Positions 38,823 to 44,917 of a stretch of DNA of 44,917 nucleotides are shown here, one piece after another. The notes below the pieces were generated by a model. It worked only from the letters and a program-made list of their open reading frames with translations. It ran no database searches and was not told the origin of the DNA. Position 1 is the first letter of the stretch. Each line of letters opens with the position of its first letter. This DNA comes from Paramecium tetraurelia (Eukaryota), in the NCBI GenBank assembly GCA_000165425.1, contig CT868003.1, positions 248,001 through 292,917 on the forward strand. The letters are read 5' to 3'. A program made the position numbers and the translations under genes.

Positions 38823-41237
38823 ATGGACAATAGGCAATTCGAAGCAATACAAGTTTAATCTCGTAATACAGTGAAATAATAGGAAGTAAGGTGGTATTAT
38901 GATAAAAGGACCTTTATATATCATTGCCAGATTTATATATTAGAAAATATGTGCTTTCTGAAAAAATATGTGCTTTGAAAAAACCATACATTCCAAAAGT
39001 GAATATGCACGATCATACAAATTAAGAAGTATAGGTGAATCGTAATTTTAGATTCTGAGAGTGCCAAAAGTTTGGTAATAAGTGATGAATGATGTACAAT
39101 TGAAGGCGCTTGATTTTTAAGAGAGAAAGAAATGGAAAGTAAGTGAATGATTGAATTTTGCATAGATAGCTGTGAATTATTAATTAGCATAGGAAGCTAA
39201 GGCCACTCATTAGATGTTACAGAAAGAGAGGGAAGAAATTGAGTAATTTGGAATTTGTATTTCTTACTCATTATGTCAGATGGTATAAAAGGCATTCAAT
39301 TAAATGGGTAGTTATTAAATTATAGGATTAGACGTTGAGGAATCTAATTAGAAACCAATATAAAAGTATTTGAAGACGATGAAGGGTGAGAATTAGGATT
39401 TGGATGAGTAGAGATATTAAGATGCACTTCAAAAAGTGAAGAGGTACTTGTCAACAAATAGAGATATCTACGTTTCCTTAGAATCACTATTTCCAGATAT
39501 GCAATAAACTTATTCAGAATCAAATACTCATGATATCCATTCCAGTGATAGGAGAAAGATTAAACAGACAGTTGAATTCGATTTTAAGAAGAAATATGAG
39601 AATCTTTAGGAGGCGTTGCAATTGTTTGTGAATAAGGATATTCCATTAAAGGAGTCTTTTGAGAAGAGCGTAATGAGTATAGAGAGTTTTCCGACTTCTT
39701 TGGAAATGATATACAAATACAAAGTGAAATTATACTATCAAGAACCTTGTTTGGATCCAGAATATGAAGAATTATTATATAGAATTGGTTGTACTCCTGA
39801 ATAGGTTTTGAATGATGGAGAAAAGATGATGAAAAAGTAATTTAATTGATGATTTTAGAATGAAGATATTTTCAAGTAATTAAGTTGTAGAACAATAATT
39901 ACTTCCTTAGTTAGAATTAAAAGATCTGTTTCGATACAAATATAATTACATAGAAAAAGATTGCCATTTTATTTAACAGAATGGAAAATTCATTCCATTA
40001 AATGCTGAAAGATTTAATTTGCATTCTTAATAGATAACAAAATCCAATGACTTAGTCAAACAATATTTCATATAGTATTAACTTTAAAAATTAAATTTTT
40101 AGTTATTATCAGAAATTCTAAGGGGACTTCAATTAAGTTAGTTAAGCACTATCGTCAAACACCGTCACAGCCAATTTATATTTGTATACCCCAAATTTCT
40201 GTGCCGATCTCTATGCTTGGTTGATATTTAATAAGAGCATTCCATCAAACTCTAAATTTATATTGCCTTAACAATATTAGAAGAAATGCGAATCTATTAA
40301 ATACATGTAGAAACCTCAATAACAAACACCTCAATACAATAATATACTAAATGATTATGAATCACTAATTTAAAAGAAACTACCAACCAAAATACAACAT
40401 CTAAGAATCACTTCCTTAGAATGCATTTAAATAATATACGAAACCTGTCTTCAAAGAATTACTAACTAAAATCAAATTTGATGACCCCATATCAGTTAAG
40501 ACTTCTGGATAAGCTGATTATTCAATGGTTGAAAGACTTTCATTTTCTAATTTGAAAGAGTTAGTCAAATCTGCTAACAATTCAAAAGGCCATATTGAAA
40601 AAAGATACAAAAACATATATGACATAGCCAGATAAGATTGCTACCCTATTGAATAAATTAAAAAAGAAATTGTACATAATTCTTATATTTTTAGAGGAAA
40701 AATTATAAATAATAATAATTGGCAAACTAAAGAATGTTCCCGATGTCAACTATGAAATATAATTAACCGCAAACTTCTGGAATACCAATTAGTCAATATT
40801 AGCAAAAACCAACAACAATTGAGAATATGAGCACCACTTAGAATATTTTATTGTCATCATAGCAAACATCTACACAATAAACTGTGCCAATATAAACCTA
40901 ATAACCATTGTAAACAGCGTAACCACCATAAGCTCCTCCTCCTCCAGTAGCTTAACCATATAATTCATCTGGTACATCAAGACCACGTAAAACAAAACCA
41001 GAAGTTCCTGCTTAAACTCCTTAATAAGCTCCTCCAGTTGTTTAATAACCAGCATCTGCAAAGAAAACCAATAGAAAAAAGGATGATTCAGTAGCTCAAC
41101 AAGCTTCAGTAACAACTCCTGCCAATGTTGAAACTTAGGAACCACCTAAACAATCCAAAAGAACCAAAAAATAAACTAAGGCCAACGAAAAAAATAAACA
41201 ATAATAACCAGAAGATCGTAAAGATGATAGTGTTTGA
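38823..41237 (+). CDS. EAF1-like HSA + SANT/Myb-like chromatin scaffold with Q/P-rich tail (one unresolved frame change)
   Basis: HSA-like VPKVWQQVMNDVQLKALDFQERKKWKIAVNYQLAQEAK. SANT-like YYQKFQGDFNQVSQALSS..YTPNFCADLYAWL. Introns at 38886-38908, 39029-39051, 39139-39165, 39837-39858, 40075-40102 and about 40672-40694. Confidence 0.65.
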
Positions 41238-41327
41238 ATACCTATGTAATTTTTATGTAATTTAATTATATTTTTGTTATTTTATTATTTTATTAATTTA
41301 TTAATTTTACAATAAATACATTACGTC

Positions 41328-41732
41328 ATGGCCTCTGTTGATCAGACATAATTTACATTCATCAAGAGACGCCACTTCTCCAAAAAGCGTAAACAAGAAT
41401 ATAAACCGCGAAATTACTCATATATTACATCTGATGCCAAAAAATTGTTTCTCTAGCTCTTTCTATTTCAGAGCTACAAAATCCATGATGTAAGCCATAA
41501 AATATAAGTTTAACATAGGCTGCTAACAAGGCTGGGATCAAGTATTCTTCAGCTAAAACAATCCTCTTTGCACACCGCAAGTAATACAAATAAGAATTAA
41601 TTAGAGATAAATTGGCAGCTGTATTATTTTTTTCAAATATAGAATTCCATACAAACTAAGTGTTGTGGATATAAACTTAAATAAACTAGTTAAGCAGATC
41701 CTATATAAGTAATCACCAGAGTTGGTATGTGA
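41328..41732 (+). CDS. Ciliate HTH (homeodomain-like/psq-type) protein
   Basis: RNYSYITSDAKKLFLQLFLFQSYKIHDAANKAGIKYSSAKTILFAHRK. Two tiny introns. 3' end uncertain. Confidence 0.72.
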
Positions 41733-42609
41733 CCCTACCAATATCATTATTTATTGTATATATTTATGAATTAAACTGAAAATCACAATAAAATAATAAT
41801 TTTCCTGTTAATTATGAATTCATTTTCGGAGGACCTTGGGAATTAAAGTAGAATTTAGCATTCAAGACAACCCTACTAACATCAAACAGATTGAGTTTAG
41901 ATTGATAGAATTTTTTTATTCTCGATTTCTATTTCAATTTATGAGTAACTTAATTGTATTAATATAATCAAAATACTAATTTAAGTAACTATTCTTTTCA
42001 ATCTTTAAATTAATAAGAGTAGTCATACAAATCTTCGAATGAAGTTCTAAACATTCATTTAAGAAATTGCTCAAATTCAATTAGAAAATCGAAAACTTAA
42101 ACCAAATTTCTTGCAATCGATTTATGTTACTAAAAATATACCTCGATAAAGTATCAAGAACACTAATTATTATTAATTTTCATTCAATTCTAATAAAAAA
42201 TATCCATAATCAAGTTATCAAAAGAGGATTTAATTGTTGGAAGATTTAAGACAAGAACGGAGCTAAAAATAAAGTAGTAACAAAACTGAAGTCATCAAAC
42301 TATAAAACAACTATCCTGAATATATAGTAGTGATATTAAGAATATATAGTTTATTCTTATTCGTCAACCTTCATTAAAGAATTGATATATCAATTTAAAA
42401 ACAACTTTTATAGAATGAAATTCTTTCAAAAAAAAAAATATTCTGAATCAAAAGTTATTGTTCATAAACTATTAATTATAAAATAAATTGTATATTATGA
42501 ATTTTAGTTGGTTGTGGCAATCTAAAAATTCCAAGAATGCCATTGCTTATGTTAAAACTGAAATTTAATGATATAGTTAAGAAATCAATAATAAAAATAT
42601 AATATATAA

Positions 42610-44048
42610 TCAATCATTGTTGGAAGATTTGTGGCTAATTTGCATTAATTAATCGTGAAAACTAAAAAGCTTTTCGAAAATTGTTTAGTTATTTATAAAG
42701 AATGCACTTGAGAATTATAAATTAAAAGAACCTTTGAGTTTAATTATTGCTTCCGTGTTCCAAATAGTTTTAGAAATCCATTCATCACAGCATTATATGG
42801 AATCAACCCATCTTCCTTAAATTTCTAGAGCTTCAACTAATAATATATTTTTTAATACTTTTTTTGATATAGAATTCACTTATAGTGTTGTTTTTTTTAA
42901 TTCCTTTATCCCAACATTAAATAATCTCTTCAAATTTTCCCTATTTGAATAAACATCGTGCTTTAAAACTATTATTTTAATTACTTTTGGCTTCGTAAAA
43001 AATCATATCATCGAATAAATCAATATAATGATTGGCCTCTTCGATAATTTATTCTATCTTTTCTTATTCTTCTAAAGCTTAAACTAAAATTATCTAATAA
43101 AAGTTAACATTTCTTTTTATAAAAAAATGAAGTATTTGGATTATTTTTCATTCCTTCGTCCCAACATTCAATGATTTCTTCCAATCTATTTAATTTCTTT
43201 AAATAATTAGCTAATCATTACTAAATCATTACACCTTTATCTTCATAAAAGATTTGAACCTGCCTATGCATATGAATTCCATGATTCAAACATTTAATTA
43301 CTTCATCCCATCGCTCTAATTTTTCTAAAGCACTAACTTAAATAATTTACTGTCATTCTACCTTTAGATTTAATATAAAATAGAGTATCATTTCCATTTT
43401 ATATTGCAAAATCCCAACATTCTACTATCTTTTCTTAACAAAATGTTTCTCCATAACATTGGATTAAAGCCTAAACTATATTATTCAAACTTTGAATACC
43501 TTTTTGCTTATAAAAATATGGATCTGTTTTATTATTTTAAATTCCAAACTCCCAAACTTAAATAGCCTCCTCTAACCTATTCTATTTTTCTAACTCCACA
43601 ACTATCAAAATACCAGGATATTTTGTACATTTATAGGCGTAAAATATAGGATCAGTCTTATTAAACATTATTCCTTAATCATAGCATTTAATTATCTCAT
43701 CGTATCTCTTTTGACTTTTTAAAGCACAAACTATAAACTTAAATGCATAAATACCTTTCTAGTGATAAAAGGTAAAATCATTTTTATTATTTTAAATCCC
43801 TTATTCCCAGGCATCGATAACTTCATTTTGAAGATCTAATTAATTTAAAATCCTTGCTAAATGGATTTATTCATCTATTAATACTTTTGGCTTTGTAAAA
43901 TTCTAATTCATTTTTGTTATCTGATATTGCAATATCACATTATTTTAAGGCATCTTGTAATCTACCTTACTTTATTAAAAGAGAAACTATAAATTAGAAT
44001 CTTTATACTTTCTTTAGAAATAAATTGAAAATCTGATTTTGAATTCAT
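42610..44048 (-). CDS. TPR-repeat protein (~10 repeats, one per exon)
   Basis: Repeats such as VELEKQNRLEEAIQVWEFGIQNNKTDPYFYKQK. 11 phase-1 introns. Stop is at 42610, or at 42585 if the last intron is spliced. Confidence 0.88.
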
Positions 44049-44113
44049 AAGGGTATTACAATATTCTCAGCTTAATTTATTTTTTATTTTTTATTTAATA
44101 TTCAATTTCTATT
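44049..44113. promoter_or_regulatory. 65-bp putative bidirectional promoter between two TPR-containing genes
   Basis: Divergent ATGs at 44048 (-) and 44114 (+), with an AT-rich spacer between them. Confidence 0.5.
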
Positions 44114-44917
44114 ATGTTAGAATAGAATTGTGGTTGCTCTGTTGATCATTAAGAGGAAATAATTGGAATTTGTTTATCAGATAAATGTGTGAATAATGCA
44201 TAATTTTGCTATAATTGTTTAAGATAATTTCATTATGAGCACTAAAAATAATGCCAGACTTTTAAAAATCTCTTCAACTAACTGGTTGAGGATAAAAAAT
44301 AACTTTAAATTTATGTTAATTATGTAAAACAATTTAAGGTGATATTTGACGAAATCTATCGAAAGCAGCTAGAAAAAAGTTAAGAAAATATTGAAAAATT
44401 AAATTCAATAAATTTACGTATAAAAGAAAAATCATTTTATCCAACAGATTCAGACATCCATTTTCTTAGGAATTATAAGTCAAGCTAACAATATTTTTAA
44501 TGTAAATTATAATAATTATCTGAACAGAATGGATTGCCAAATTGGAGTGGATTGAGAAATGAGTTTATAATTAGAAGGATTATTAAGATCAGGATCAGAA
44601 CAAAACTGACTAATAAACAATAGATAAGACTTAAGATTAGAAGCGTGCTACTGAACCGGACTTAACTGATGGTTAAACAATAGATCAAGATCAAGATTGA
44701 GAGAACACAGATGTTGTGGTATAATAAGGTATGCATCAGATATTCAATTTTGGGTATTGACTTATTTGATAACAAGTGATTTCGGGGAGCATTAGTAATT
44801 TTTGAGAGGTTTCCTAATTCTCATAAAGAGGCTATCAATTGGAAAAGTATTTTTCAGATTCATAAGGTTGATAGTGTAATGCTTATTGCGAATGAGAGGT
44901 TATCGTTATTTTGTCGA
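44114..44917 (+). pseudogene. Zn-finger/coiled-coil/TPR gene, 3'-partial, disrupted by in-frame TGAs (pseudogene or sequence error)
   Basis: N-terminus CSVDHQEEIIGICLSDKCVNNAQFCYNCLRQFHYEH. Intron 44502-44527. In-frame TGA at 44560, 44698 and 44777. TPR-like GIDLFDNK*FRGALVIFERF. Confidence 0.6.

Noticed and set aside
38944..38976. Short tandem duplication aaaatatgtgcttt x2
   Set aside because: Lies within an open exon and keeps the frame. Too short to imply a mobile-element footprint.
39139..39165. In-frame TGA within the HSA motif
   Set aside because: It lies inside a canonical 27-nt GTAAG..TAG intron, the expected stop-containing 3n type.
40870..41145. 91-aa Leu/Glu-rich minus-strand ORF
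   Set aside because: Antisense of the Q/P-rich tail of the EAF1-like gene.
42700..44010. ~125-bp periodicity as a CRISPR array or satellite
   Set aside because: No identical direct repeats. The period is explained by TPR exon plus intron units.
44560..44779. TGA readthrough or selenocysteine recoding in the last gene
   Set aside because: The TGAs sit at Gln-like positions and co-occur with a broken splice acceptor. TGA terminates all other genes in the window.
1..44917. Apparent genome-wide pseudogenisation (only short ORFs in the supplied track)
   Set aside because: Artefact of the standard code. With TAA/TAG read as Gln and tiny introns removed, long coherent proteins appear.

Overview
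AT-rich, gene-dense eukaryotic DNA that reads as a ciliate macronuclear chromosome segment, most likely Paramecium. TAA and TAG behave as Gln, TGA is the only stop, and introns are 20-29 nt GT..AG, so the supplied standard-code ORF track is fragmentary. Manual retranslation with code 6 gives about 25 protein genes. They include a ~1720-aa type I membrane protein, a CNBD-family cation channel, LITAF, an SDR, RPF2, RSPH10B, an acylated IQ-MORN protein, an RBR E3 ligase, a divergent cyclin, GET4, two HTH proteins, a two-CNBD protein, WD40, DnaJ, a giant coiled-coil protein, an EAF1-like HSA-SANT protein and two head-to-head TPR genes. The most striking structure is a TPR gene with 11 phase-1 introns that cut it into one-repeat-per-exon modules of about 102 nt. 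Its divergent partner shows a one-directional A->G damage signature at the window end. No rRNA, tRNA, CRISPR, telomeric repeat or intact transposon was recognised. All gene models are by-eye predictions with no database search.
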